Below, in pieces: positions 13,515 to 27,000 of a stretch of DNA of 64,000 nucleotides. The position numbers were made by a program, and so were the translations under genes. The notes below the pieces were generated by a model. That model was given only the letters and a program-made list of their open reading frames with translations. It was not told the origin of the DNA and did not search any database. The stretch covers positions 1,488,001-1,552,000 of the forward strand of contig JBLDXI010000032.1 of NCBI GenBank assembly GCA_047495785.1, given 5' to 3'. Source of the DNA: Lepidodermella squamata. Its lineage: Eukaryota; Animalia; Gastrotricha. How positions within the stretch are numbered: position 1 is the first letter of the stretch; each line of letters opens with the position of its first letter.

Positions 13515-14695
13515 TTAGGAAGTTTTGGAATTTTGTCGAGATGATTTTGTTGAACTGTTCGAACCGCCGACTGCATTCTCCACTTTTAGAAGCTTCTTGT
13601 TATTCACGAATTTCAATTTGGCAGCCACTGATGAAGCGCAGTGTTTTTTCACGAAGAAGTTCTCCGGCAAAATCAACGTAAGCTCTTCTTCTCCAGAACA
13701 GTTGAAAGGCTTGTGAAGCTCACTGCTAACTTTCCTGTAGATATAGTAATATATTTTCACACTAAGACATTATCGCAGTTAAATAAAATTACTCGCTGAG
13801 TTGAAAGAGAAAGTCCCATTCATCCAAGGAAAAGAGATCCAACATCTCGATTTCGTCATCGATCGTTCCACTCGTCTTCTTTGCAGCAACCTTGTCCTTC
13901 GAAGATTCTGTTCCAATTGTCTTTCGCTTCTTCGCAGCAACCTCGGCCTTTGAAGCATCTGAAAAGCTTAGCAGGCGTCGATTCCTTTTCTCTGTTTCCA
14001 GTAGAGCAATCACATCAGATTTAACTACGTGTTCCACGTCGCCAAAGGTCGGATGTTTATAAATGGTTTGAACTATATCAGTTAATAGTAAATTATTCAA
14101 GATTATTAGTTTAGCTCGACAAACGCACATTTGTATTTCTCCCAGAGGACTTTTGCAATACTTGACAAATAGGATCGACTGCGCACATAAGATGCAGCAA
14201 CCTCGGGTGGACGAGCGCTACAGCCAGCGTCTGCAAAAACAAAAATACAAACTGAACTATGGGATATAAATAACGAAATGAATCGATTAGCTACCCAGTT
14301 GCTGTTACAGCGGCACCAGTAGCTTCTGTATGCCCAAAAGCCGTTAAAAACAGGGCGGCAATAATTCAATAAACAAAAATCAATGCAAAGAGACTAACCT
14401 TGTGGAAGAAAACGGACTCTCTTCAAGTGTTTGAGCTCAGCAATGATCTTATCTGAAACAACAAGCAAATAACTCAACCCTTGAAATTCAGCTACTCGTC
14501 GTAAAAATCAGTGCAAAGAGATTAACCTGGAGATGATGCTGTGATTGGCAATAGTGGCGGAGGGTGTTGACCACGGTGATGTTTACAACATATGCATACA
14601 TGATCGACAAAATATTGTTGTTCGTTGTTGAAGGTACAATCACACGATGTGTTCTTCTTTACCATTCCACGACATAACCCAATAGCTCCAGCCAT
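13515..14695 (-). CDS. Orphan 5-exon protein with N-terminal Cys/His (putative zinc-binding) motif and a basic NLS-like patch
   Basis: Five exons splice in frame via GT-AG introns (phases 1,1,1,2): MAGAIGLCRGMVKKNTSCDCTF...HVCICCKHHRGQHPPP|DKIIAELK..|DAGCSARPP..|FQTIYKHP..KKRK..|KVSSELH..KTS*. Confidence 0.7.
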
Positions 14696-16037
14696 TAGTT
14701 TGTTTGCTTAATAAATGACTATCAGTAAAATCAGTAAAAACCTATCAGTAAAAAACATAACAAATAGCTTAAGGCTTTATAAAGCGTACGCCTGCGTCAA
14801 TCTAAACTAAAAGAGGAAATATGACAGAAGATGTTTTCATCGACTACCTGTGTGGCAGGTGCTTTAAAATTGATATGTCCAAGAATAAAATATCAGAACA
14901 CTATGATATTGATAAGTCAGTAAAGGTCTGAGTGAATAGGATAAAAAAATGCGCACAATATTTCATTGACACAACGGCTAATGATTACGAATGTTTGAGG
15001 TTTGAGCATTACTCCTCCCTTTACTCACCTTACCGTATTATAGGTACCTAATAATAAAATGCTATGCATTTCATGAAATATATGACATTTTTAGAACACA
15101 ATGAGAGTAAAGAATTAACAAACATCATGAACATAGAAACATAGAATTCAGTGGAGAAAATGCAAGACATGAAAGCCTGCCCTCATACTAATCATACTCA
15201 TACTCATACCTCATACCAAGGAGGCAAGTTCAATCATTGGACAGAGAAAAGCCCTAGTGCCGAAGGCAATTTGCCAATCCTTAGACAATAGTTGTGGCTC
15301 TAGATGTAGCAAGACATGAGTCTCTCCCGTTTAAATCGCCCGCCCAGTCTGTTGTCTGTTCAAGGTCGCAAATTAATATAAAAAAATATTTTTTTTCTTT
15401 CATAAATCAATCAGCTATTAACAGCTGAATATATATTTTTTTGAATATGGGGTTCTTGGCCAATTTCGTTCTGGCTAATGGCGCGCACTTTTCTTGTCGA
15501 GTTTCGAGAGGTCTCCTCGAGATGCTTTCGGGTTGAGCGTCGTAACGCGCTGGGCACAGGGCACAGGGCACTGGTTGAAGGTTGAAGCCTGTCGAAATTC
15601 TGTCGGATGCCTGTCACCTGGTGAAGGTGGCAGACGACGGCCGTCGAAGCGAATGTACTCACAGCGACCGCTGAGTGTTGCAATCTTTGCCCGCTGCATC
15701 CGCCTGTTCTAGATGCTCCTGCTCGTAGCTTGTCGCTCATACTGCCTGAGTATGCATATCTAAGAGTGCTCCTTTATTACGAAATACGAAATATGAGTTT
15801 GAAACTCCGAAGTTTATATTAGCTACTGACCTACTACTGACCTTACTTGAACCGCGAGTCTTTTCCTTAGTGTCATCAACATTCATCGATTCATCGATCC
15901 ATCGATTGAATGTAATATCATGGGATTTTATGATTGTGATCAACTTTCAAAGCACGGCATCAATTGCGCTATGCATGTGTTGTCTCATTTGCGAGATGAT
16001 ATCAAGCTATTAGTGTTGTCAATTGTTTTATTGAATA

Positions 16038-16427
16038 GGGAGCACTAGCCTAGTGGATAAGGAAGCTAGCCTATGTGCATAAGGTCGTGGGTTCAACGCC
16101 CGCTGACGCCCGACGGTGGTTTAGCAATCCACTGGTGAGACAAAAAAATTGCTACTCGAGTAGACAATGTGAAACCATTGCTCGAGGCCCCTTGAGGCTA
16201 GAGGTACGATAGTGTACATTACCCACGAGTACGCTGTACGCTCTAGAAGGGGTGTAGGGATCTGTAGGAGCGTCGTGTGACCCAGGATAGCGCCATGTGA
16301 GCGCGGTCCTCCCTCAACACTTACGCGTGAGGCTAACAGTGAGCCTCGGCCTAGGTATCATGAGGTGAAGTTATATGCCGACGTTAAATGCATATAAGAT
16401 AATGTAATGTAATGTAATGTAATGTAA
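16038..16427 (+). mobile_element. Full-length tRNA-derived SINE
   Basis: Pol III A box TAGCCTAGTGG and B box GGTTCAACGCC in the head, (AATGT)5 tail at 16401-16425. Flanking direct repeats AATTGTTTTATTGAATA (16021-16037) and AATTGTTTTATTTGATA (16428-16444) are 15/17 identical. Confidence 0.88.
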
Positions 16428-16722
16428 AATTGTTTTATTTGATACCCGATAAGCGATGTCGATCTTTCTCTTTCTTGGTAATAATTTGAAGAGACCATAG
16501 CCCGTGCATAATCGGTGTTGTACAAATAGCCAGTTTTAGTCTGGTTTGCAATGGACTGAAAGAGTGACCCGGGAGCTTAATCCTCCGCTACATGGTTAAT
16601 GGAAGCCTTCATTCATTGGATTTTTAACCTCCCCAAGTCCTGTGCCATGTGATACTGCCACCCATTAACCTGAAGTACTTCTTCTGTTTTAGAACATCGT
16701 TTTGAAGTTCATTTTTGTTACG

Positions 16723-18530
16723 ATGAACTTGGAATTGCTCAGTAAGCTACACAGCTGCCAATAAAGTAATTTGATTTATACATCCCGTTTTTTATTAGAT
16801 CAGTTCGGCCAAAGTTATCCGGAGGTAAGCATTATTTCTTCTTGTGATTATGATTGTCTTTCATATCTACAAACCTTATCCAGACTGCTGATGGAACGCT
16901 TGACTGTGTCAGCGTAGCAGTGACTTGCGTTTTCAACAAATTCGGTACCTTGCTAGCTGTTGGATGCAACGACGGGCGCATTTACATCTGGGATTTTTTG
17001 ACCCGCGGAGTTGCTAAAGTTCTCATCACTCATGTTCATCCTGTCTGCTCATTAAGGTAAATATGAGCTATTTACTCAATTCATTCAATCTTATCAAGGC
17101 ATTTTATCTAGCTGGAGTCGAAATGGAAAACTGCTATTTAGTGCTGCAACAGATAATACAGTGTGTATAACAGAAGTTCTCAGTGGGCATTGTATACGAT
17201 GCTACAGATTTCCACTACCGGTCACGAAGGTTCAAGTTAATCCTCGAAATAAGTGAGTTAATGCTTCTATGTCTACGAAACTTGACAATAATTCTTGCAG
17301 CAAAGAGTTTCTGGTGTGCTTGCTCAAGCACCCTGCGATTTTGATCAACACCGATGGCGGTCACCGGCTTGTTCCTCTCCGCGAAGAAATCAGCATGACA
17401 GACTCAGCGGCTGCGAATGCCGATCACAATATCATCGCGGCATATGACCGGCGCGGCAAGCAAATTTACACGGGAAACGGGCGTGGTCAACTGCTCGTCG
17501 TACAGGCCGATTCGCTGAAACCAACAGCAACATTCGCCATATCAGCCGTAGCGTCTACAGTCTCTGTTGTTAAATCTATCGAATTCCCGCGACATGGCTC
17601 AGCTTTTCTCGTCAACTCAGCTGATCGAATCATCCGAGTTTACGATAGCGAAGAAATTCTGACCTGCGGACTTGGCGGAGAGCCGGAGCCTCTTCAAAGA
17701 TTACAGGTTTGACTAGATGGACCCACCCTAATTTTGCTTAATTTGTTCTTGTCTAGGATAACGTTAATCGAACTCTGTGGAAGCGTGCGTGTTTTAGCGG
17801 TGATGGCGAGTACGTTTGTGGTGGTTCGGCGCGGCAGCACTCGCTCTATGTGTGGGAACGTGCGTCAGGTACCCTCGTCAAAATACTGCATGGAACCAAG
17901 GGCGAACTGCTGCTGGACATCGCATGGCACCCGCATCGACCAGTCATTGCCGCCGTTGCATCCGGGGTCGTTTCAATTTGGGCGCAGAGTCAGGTGGAAA
18001 ACTGGAGCGCCTTTGCGCCAGATTTCAAAGAACTCGACGAAAATGTTGAATATGACGAACGCGAGTCGGAATTCGATGTTTACGACGAGGATAAACTGTT
18101 GTTGGAGAATCAAACCGGGCACGGCGATAAAAAGCCGATTGAAGACGAGGAAATCGACGTGGTTACTGAAGAGCCGATTGCGGCATATTTGAGCAGTGAC
18201 GAGGAACACGAAGACCCTGATGCTATGCTGTATCTCCCAGTTGCTCCGGAAATCGAAGACCCTGAGGAACTGCCCCTCTGCGGCGTCCAATCACAGCCAT
18301 CCCAGGCACAATCCGCTCAACAGAACGCTCCTGAGCCGACTGTTATCGACATTAAGTTGGCTGATACAGCTGCGGTTGCTGAGGCGACGAGTGCGGTTGG
18401 ATCTAGACGAGGCACCGGCGGGTCGAGCGGGTCCATGGCCAGCAGGTCTGGCGCGGGCGCGGCTGGCCCGGCGAAGGGTACGGCTCGGGCGCCGCCAGGC
18501 CGTCGTCGGCAGGTTGATAATTTGGACTGA
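16723..18530 (+). CDS. RBBP5: Retinoblastoma-binding protein 5 (COMPASS/MLL WD40 subunit), 6 exons
   Basis: MNLELL..FGQSYPE, GTLLAVGCNDGRI, ENWSAFAPDFKELDENVEYDERESEFD and EEIDV. Exons 16723-16741, 16799-16824, 16884-17056, 17112-17252, 17301-17706 and 17757-18530. Confidence 0.97.
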
Positions 18531-18950
18531 TGAATGAATTATTTCGTCGCGCCATTCGTTGATATTTGCTCATTACTTATATCTCAATTCGTGTAATAAT
18601 TGTTTCAAACCATTCCTCGTCTTTTTTCAATGAAAAGTAAAAATTTTGTGACTTGGTAACTTTTTGTGGGTTTTTCGGTATTCTCGGTGTGAAATGGGTT
18701 CATAAAGAGCTGGTTCGTCTAGCCTGGGCCAGGTGGAACTCAACCTGCTGCCATATTTTGATCAAAGCAAGCATAATATTGCATCTCATTAGTAACGCAA
18801 CCACAGAGAGTACGGAAGAAACGAATTATAAGTCAAAGATGAGATGTCCGATTTTATGGCATTTGGGTGTAGTCAGGAAAATGACTATGAGCTTTAAAAT
18901 TTGGTCAAGGGAAAGAAACAAAAATCGGAAAAATTGGGCCTAATAAAGTG

Positions 18951-19127
18951 AAATACCGAACATTTCCGAATCATTATCAGCTATCGGGTTTCTCAGGCGA
19001 GTTCTAATTAGGTGAAATTACGAATGGGAGTACTGCCAGGAGCTGCAATTCAGGGAAATACTTGCATTTTCAGTAAAATATTCTAAAATATTCTCAAAAA
19101 CCAGTTGCAACATGTTGGGACACACTG
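18951..19127. mobile_element. MITE family copy 3 (degenerate, right part)
   Basis: AAATACCGAACATTTCCGAA (18951-18970) resembles the internal motif of copy 1. A TIR-like TGGGACACACTG at 19116-19127 lies at nearly the same spacing (176 vs 178 bp). Confidence 0.5.
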
Positions 19128-19487
19128 CAGTTTAATTTCCTATGAATACAAGTTAATTCGAAGTTTCATCGTAGAAATGACCAGTAGCATGTGTACCTTC
19201 ATTTTAGATGACGGATATCACAATGCGCTCCTATTGAAAGACAAAAACGCATTGAAGAGATCATTTTCGCAATACTGAAAGTTTGGCTATTATGTATCCG
19301 AGAAATTGAAGATGTTCGCCGTAGTTGCTTCTGGCTAAAACTGAGAAAAAGAGCTTTCATAACCAAACAACTCGAGTTTTATTATCAAAAAGCATTCGGT
19401 TATTACAATTACATTAGGTTATTGGTTATTTCAAGTTCACATGGAAGAATTCGTTTGCTTTTGATTTGAAAAATCTGGATCCCGAAC

Positions 19488-20268
19488 TTAGTCCGATGGC
19501 GTGCATCTATCGAAGTTGGACCTATTCGACGGTAAAAAATAGCTGCTTCAATTTTCAAGTAAAAATTACTCACTGAATGCACGCCAATTTAGCGTCACAA
19601 GCGCCGTAACTGAAAAATGCGAAAGTTATCAGATTTTCACCAAAAGTTATGAAAAAATATACGATAGATGTTCGCAGCCCTTGCTCAAACACGGGAAGCA
19701 GATTTCTGGTCGCAGTCTGTGTTCCATGCAAAATCTAGGCCCGGCTTGTTCGACTTCGGGGCATCGCTGGACTTTACACGAGACGTTGGCCGAGCTAAAA
19801 GAATGAGCAATCAAAAAATAGTGAAAATGTAGGGTAATTACAATCTCACTTGACGTATCTAACCATGGCATCACAGTCAGCTTGCGATGTTCGGAATGTT
19901 TGCCTGCAATCATCACATTGGAGTTAAATTCAGCTTGGAAGATAGAACATTTTTACATTAGGTTACGAGGAACATCTTTCCATAAGCAGTGAAAGCAGTT
20001 CATGAGTGCTTCACGGTCCAGCGAGCTTGGGCATTTGCGGCTGAAAAATCACAATAAATGGCAATATACATCAATAGCAACCTTAAAGCTCCACAGATTG
20101 GCTATCATTTCCATCGAAAAGGTTCTAAACCCAAACTCACTCGACAGCCGGCTGTAGTTTTGGCGCACAAATATCGACTTGTTGTTGTTGTTGCTGCTGC
20201 TGCTGCTGTTGACCGAAGACAACAACCGCAAAACTGAAAATAACGAAGATGATTTGTAGGCCGCTCAT
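19488..20268 (-). CDS. Small secreted 14-cysteine protein with polyQ, 155 aa, 6 exons
   Basis: Exons 20268-20141, 20040-19957, 19903-19850, 19794-19663, 19609-19574 and 19521-19488 total 468 nt in one open frame; all introns are phase 2 GT-AG. Signal peptide MSGLQIIFVIFSFAVVVFG, then Q11, CFHC and CFPC. Confidence 0.8.
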
Positions 20269-21081
20269 CCCTGGAACTGAAAAATCGAGTCGAAATGATC
20301 TGAATATTTCGTGATATTCAAGCTATTTATAGCCGCGAATCATGTTCCTGCGATTGTTGCATGTGTCATATCTGTTATGCAATGGCCCTTTGAATCATCA
20401 GTTATACCATCAATCGAACGACTCAACCCACAAAAAATACAAGGTAAATATATATATATTATTTATTTTATTTATTAAAAATTGCAATTTTTTGATATCA
20501 GATTACATGTTTGTAACAAAAATTCGTTGTGATAGCCGCGTTTGTTATATGAAATGTTGAAGACGCGCCAAGTGTTGAAAAAATTTCGTGAAAAAATGAC
20601 ATCCATCAATAACCGTATGTTATAACGAAAATCGGGGGTTTAAAATCGCAAAACCGCGCATACAGACAAGAATGTTGGGTGAGAGCTGAAGTATATCACA
20701 GCATATTATATAATTGCAAGTAAAAAATTTGAAGAAAAGAATAATATAATAAGGGTTTGTAATAATAATAACGTTATCCAGGCTAGATATAAGTGGCAAT
20801 GTCACTCAAGGTGACCGCGTTGAATTTGGCAAGAAAAAAGCACTTGGAGGCCGCAAACACTCGTTAAAAGGAAACGGTAGCATTTCGCATGGCCGGAAAC
20901 TATAACAACTATTTTTTGCAAACAGCTTAATGTTGAAGGAAGTCGCAGCGCGAAATATTGTATAATATAAAAAGCAATATAATATAAATTATAATAATAT
21001 TTTGGTCGAATGCACGCATCAATCACCAGTGATATATTGTTTTTTGAAAAAATCAAACGGGTGCAAAATGTTGACTCGATT

Positions 21082-24000
21082 TTATTTCCTCACAGGTAAA
21101 CTCGTTGTAGGGCGCAAGTCTGAAAAAAAATAAAAATATTATTTTTAAAAATAAATATTCAAAATTTAAATGAAATTTCGAAATTTTATAATTTTAAAAT
21201 TTGAATGAAATTTTGAAATTTTATAATTTTAAAATTTGAATGAAATTTTGAAATTTTATAATTTTAAAATTTGAATGAAATTTTGAAATTCGAAAATTTT
21301 AAAATTTCAATTCAATTTTTTCAAATTTATAAAAAAAATCTCTGACCTTGATTTGGCGGCGCCTTGCTTTTACTGGACGCAGCACCTTTCGCAGCTGAAC
21401 CCGATTGACCGCTGCCGCTGCCCGCGGCCTTGCTCGAACCAGACCCGGCACGTGATCCAGTCGCAGACGTCGCGCCACTCGCGCTGTCGAAAACGCGCAC
21501 ATCCGGCGCCGGTTGCGCATCTTGGCGCACGAGCGCGTCCTGTTCACTGCGCAGCACCGCCGCCGCATCAACACTGGTGGCGCCACCGAAAAATATCGTA
21601 TGATGGCTTGGAAATGACTGTTGGCCATGCGGCGTTTGCTGGGCATTAGCGCCTGAGCCTAAAGCCGGCCGTAACGTGCCGTTGTAGACGAGCAGATCGT
21701 CGACGAGTAGCGCGAAATCGCGAACGCCTCGACGTGGCGTTTTCGAGTAGTTCCACAGCTTGATCATGCCGATTTTGACGGGCAGGTCGAAGATTACGTA
21801 GACGCGGTTGACGATACCGGGTAGAATCGGTGACAGCCAGCTGTGCGAGGCGGCTTCAGGGTCGGTTAGGTTATTCACGCCGTCGACTAGTTTATCAGGG
21901 GTTCTGACATCTGGATGAGGTGGATTTAGGACGTTCACGCTATCTGGAAACGCCGCGATATTCGATGGCTAGAAAATAAAATAATTGGCGATAATTTCAA
22001 GTTTAAATCGGTAAAATTAGTCAGAAGATGGGAAAAGATGACCCTTGAGACAGCGTGTCCCAGAGGTTGCGCAACTATTTTTCAATTTGGCAACTTTTTG
22101 TAGGAAATTCAACTATTTTTTTTAAATTGAACCTACCGAGAGGAAATTCTACCTTTTATTCGTGAGATAACCAGAGAAATAAAAATTTACCGGTAAAAAC
22201 CCGGAAATCCCCGATGGTAACTGGTTCGGTAATTTTCGGTATTTTACCCGTTTTGACAGAATGTCTCCGGAATTTTTTAATCCCATTATTTTGTGATTTT
22301 GTTAAATTTTTCTACAATTTTTCTGGCCATGACATGTGACTTCGTCTCTCATTTTAGAGGTTCTGAACTCTTTTCTTTGCTTGCGCTACTTGTGGGACAC
22401 GCTATAATCTTACTTAAAATAAAAAATTATAAACAAAATTCCTTTTAAACCATGAACCTTATTGCTTGAGATTTTTCCATATTTTAAGCTCGACAACTTT
22501 TTAATTAAAGCAAAGATTGGACCTAAAAAGGACAAAACTCGGTTCATTCTCAAAGGTTTTGTTGTTTCAGATGTTAAATCCCTAATCGAAATATTCATAG
22601 GTAAAAAAGAATTCTAATTTTGAAGTTCATCTATGGTATTTTTTGATCTAATTTTTTCGATTTTTTCAATTGAAAAATTGAATTATTCGTCACGTGACTA
22701 ACCTGAAGAACGATGCGATTGAAATTTTCGTCGAAGAATTCGAGGCCATTCAACCCGACGTAGTACGGGTCATTCCAAGTCGATAGCAGCTGAAATTGGT
22801 ACGTGAATCCGCATGGCATTTGCGTAAATTCATAATCTGGTGCAATGAATACAAAGGAAGCATGAAAATATGCTTGAAAGCAAAAAAGCTTTGCAGAAAT
22901 TCTTTTCGATTGATTAGTACGTGAGAAAATTAATAACATTGTTCAAAAAACGGGGTAAAAGATTACTCTTTTTTGCAAGATCAAAAATAATATTTTAATT
23001 CAACTCAAGTTATAGATACCTATCAGTCCTGAATTTGAGAATATTTTCGAAGTTTAAGGTGGATTTAATTTCATTCATTTTTCGTCAACTCACTTGCTGG
23101 AAGATTAAGAGCTGGCAAGGGAGCTGCTGCTTGGCCTTTTCTTGGTGAAACTTCTTCTGCTTTTTTGCGAATTTCGCGTGGAATAGGCCGCGGCAAGAAG
23201 TAAATATCTTGAGCATAGTCAAAATGGCAATTTCCCGGCCCTTTTCTCAGCAAAAATCCGCCCGGCGGAGAAACGTCTCGCCCACCTACGCGAAAAATTA
23301 TTAATCATCATTCATCCACGCAATTTTTTGTCCAACACTCACCAAGTTTGACAAACATGGTTTTTGCCCCGCGAAACGTGTCTTCAGGCGATTTGTTGTA
23401 GTTCCACACCCGTATTCCAGCTATTCGAGCCGGGTGGGGCAGGTGAATGCGCAGCAGGTGCGTCGCGCCGGTCGTGAATGGAATCAGCCACATATTTGAA
23501 TCGCTATCCGTCACATTAACGCCATTGAAGAGCCTGCGTGGTGTAAAAAACTCATTAAAACCACGTATAATTACGTCACAAGTGGAGCTTTTACTTGTCA
23601 ACAGTTCGCGTGTCTGTGCCGTAGCCTGGTAAAATGTTGAGATCGGGTGGGGAGGCTAAAACGCCTGTTAAATCAATATCGGCACTTTCAATCACAGTTT
23701 CGCCCTGATCTCCAATAAATTCGATCCCGGTTAGACCCAGAAAATGCGGATCGCCCCATGTTGACGTGAAATTTATTTCAACATCTAAAAAATAGCGGAT
23801 AAAGAAAAAATCATTTAGACTATCAAAACCGACCTTGCACCATGAATGTCCCGACCCCGGTTTGCGAAATCATTTGACGGGTCGATAACGGGCGACTCGT
23901 TACCGGGGTCATAGCCCTCGGAGTACTCGCATCATCCTCATCCTCTTCGTCATCATCATCATCGCCGCTGCTCAGATCAACGGCCGGTCGGGGCGTGAAC

Positions 24001-27000
24001 TGATTTTTCGCTGATTTTTTAGCGAAATGAGCCCGCGTGAACGGCCTCGCAGCTTTTTCATCCGCGTCGGCCGTCGACGGGCGTTCCGGCTCGGGTGATT
24101 CGTCCGAGTCGAATTCATTCACGAAAGAACTGTCGTTACGGCTGACAGCAGACAATATGTCCTCATCGGTAGTAAACAAAATTGTCTGAAAAAATTGATT
24201 TTTTTTATTCATTTCAATTATAATTTTTTCTGAGCTAATTAAGCAGGCTTACATCGCCAAATGCCTCGCTTCCTCCTAGAATACCGCCGCAAGCTCTTTC
24301 GATCTCTCCGCGGAAAATTAATGAATCGTCGAGGTAGATTTCAATATCACGAGCGCCGCGGAATGAATGAATGCGGCTTTTGTTGTAATTCTAATTAAAC
24401 GCGAAAAATTACAAAATTAAGCTGGATAATTTACCTATATCTTACCCAAATTCTAATCATAGCAATTCGATACGTTGAGCTTAATTCCATCTTGATCAAG
24501 TGATTTTCTCCGGGCGTAAATGGAGCGAGCCAAACATGCGTATCATCTCTCGTTCGGTTAACACCATCAATAAGATTTGTAACAACGCGAGGATCCGAAT
24601 CTGAAAAATTTCTGAAATTAAGAACAATTTTTCCAAATTTTTCCTCTCTACCATATTCAGGTAAAATGTTGATATCAGGCGGATCCGCTACTATCGACGT
24701 GATTCGAACTTGTTGACCAGTCGAGGCGAAAACTTCGATGCCATTCAGACCAACGTAGTGCTTATCGCCCCAAGTTGACCTAATATTGATCGTTAATTGA
24801 CTACCAGCTGGTAATTCCGGAATCATAAACGCGTCTTGACCATCCTCGAATTGATTTTGCGAGGTTTCATCCTGAAATTCCGTGCTGTAACGCTGAATGT
24901 GCTGAACCATAGCGGCTGTGCTAGGCGAGGCTGAAAGTTGCAGCAGGGCATCAGGGCTTTCCTGGGCGATTCTCGCCGACACGGCCTGGCGAGTTTTCTC
25001 CGCAGTTGACGCGATAAAATCGTCTAACGCATCGCCACTCGGAGCTAACGACATGAGCCGACCTCGATTTGTCCGATTGAAAACTTCAAGACTAGCCCAG
25101 GTAGATTCGAGCATCGAATCGTTCCCCGAACCGCCCCTTCTTTTCGTTCGCTGCGGGCTTCCCGAGCCACATCGGTTCGAATTCGGGGGGAATTCTTCAT
25201 CTTGCTCAATCGGAGTTCGATTTGCCGATGATGCTGAACCTTTTCGAACTGGTTGAGGCGGCTCGACTGGGCTTGGTAGCACCAACGCAGGTTCTTCGGC
25301 TGGTGGGCTTGAACTCGGCGAATCGTCCATCAAATCAAGCGATAAAATGTTGAATAAAGGCCGTCGAGCTGAATTAGGCATTTCAGCTCGGATATTTCCT
25401 CCCCCTCGTCCGCCAATATTAGCCGATGTCGGTTTTCTCTTCAGCTCTTTGAATTGCCGTAATATTTTGGCGTCATCTTCATCCTGTTCCTGGGCTGTCA
25501 GCTTGTTTTCAGAATTATCAGCGTGTTGAGGGGTAATTGCTTGGCTGCTGACAACCCTTCGAACAGATCCTGAGCTACCTTTCGCAATTGCTTGGCTACC
25601 GCTAGCGTTCGGTTTAGGCACCTCGATTACATGACTATAGTCGAACAGCTGATTGCCACATCCTTTCTGAAGCTCGCCTTCGTAGATTATCTGATCATTC
25701 AGTTCAACTCGAATCCGCCGAGCTCCCATGTTCAAAGTCTGAATAAAATTTAGAAATATTAGTTGACAAAACGTGATGTTGACCGAAACTAACCGCTAAG
25801 CTGTGATTATAGTTCCATAGCACGATTTTTGCTATTTTTGGATGCTTCGATTCGGGTGAAACTGCGAAAGTTAAACGAACAGGTTTCGAGGGATCGAAAT
25901 TGCAACTCCACATGTTTCTCTCCCGATTAGTCTAAAGGTAAGAAAGCAATGAATGAAAATGATTTTGGGGTCAAGCCCTTACCTTCGCATTTCCATGAAT
26001 AATATTTACCACGCTTCCAGTGATATCTTTTTCGCAATTCAGGCACAAATTGTTCAAAACTTCAAGATGTAGCGGCTCGTCCTCCACGGTGGCCGATACT
26101 GACGAAAAGCATTTAACACCGGTAAGGCCGATTCTGTCGGCATGGCCCCAATTCGACAGCAAAATGATGCATAGTTTATCTCGATCGTTGCCAGCTGAAG
26201 CTAAACGCCGATCGGTGCGCTGGAAGCAAAAATTGAAAATCGAGCTTGACTTGAAATAAGCTAGTTACCGATGCCAGAGTGGCTGGTTTTTTCTCAGGTA
26301 CTGGGGCGCTATTAGATGGATTGTTGATGAATGACTTCTCCAGAGCTGATAAGGCTTGTGTTAGCTCCTGCTGCTGCCTATTGCGACAAATCCTTTGCAA
26401 ATAAAACTTGTAAAATCGAAGTAAATTTACAGTGGAGTTAGATTGCTAATGCACTCGATCGCAGCTCTTAGGGGCTCATCGGATTCCTGATGGTCAAGAT
26501 AAATTGTCAAATTAATTAAGAAAATGCAGCTGCACTTACTTTTTGCAGTACCGATGAAGCAGCTTTACCTCTGACTGGCGGTGCTGATTGAACAATCTGA
26601 ATAGATTCATTTTCGATGCCAATTAAATCTTCTACCTTGTGTGCGCTTTGCAATTTCGATTACAACGGCGTCGCCCCCATCCAGGGTTCGGTCAGGCTTC
26701 GTATCCGCTATGAGTACATCATCTTCTTCATCAACGGATCGTGCCTGGAAAATTTATTTAAAAATGCTGGCTACTTTTCGTCGCAGTAAAAGCCAACCTC
26801 AGGAGAAAGCTGCAAGCTAGCATTCAAACTTTTCCGAAATTTCTAGGTGAATGCATAGCAATAAATTTTGATTATAAGAAGTTATTTCAGGCTTACCTTG
26901 ATATCTCCGAAATTGCTGAGCACGACCTGAATAGTATCTTTCCCTTCCGTCATATTTAATGTCTAACGGAAAAAATTTAATAGATTGAATGTATCTGGCA

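Noticed and set aside
15411-15943. GC-richer ORFs upstream of the SINE
   Set aside because: Open in several frames with no recognisable product; could be a UTR or decayed repeat.
21161-21310. Regular 35-bp repeats as a possible CRISPR array
   Set aside because: Head-to-tail copies with no spacers, in a eukaryotic intron, and no cas genes.
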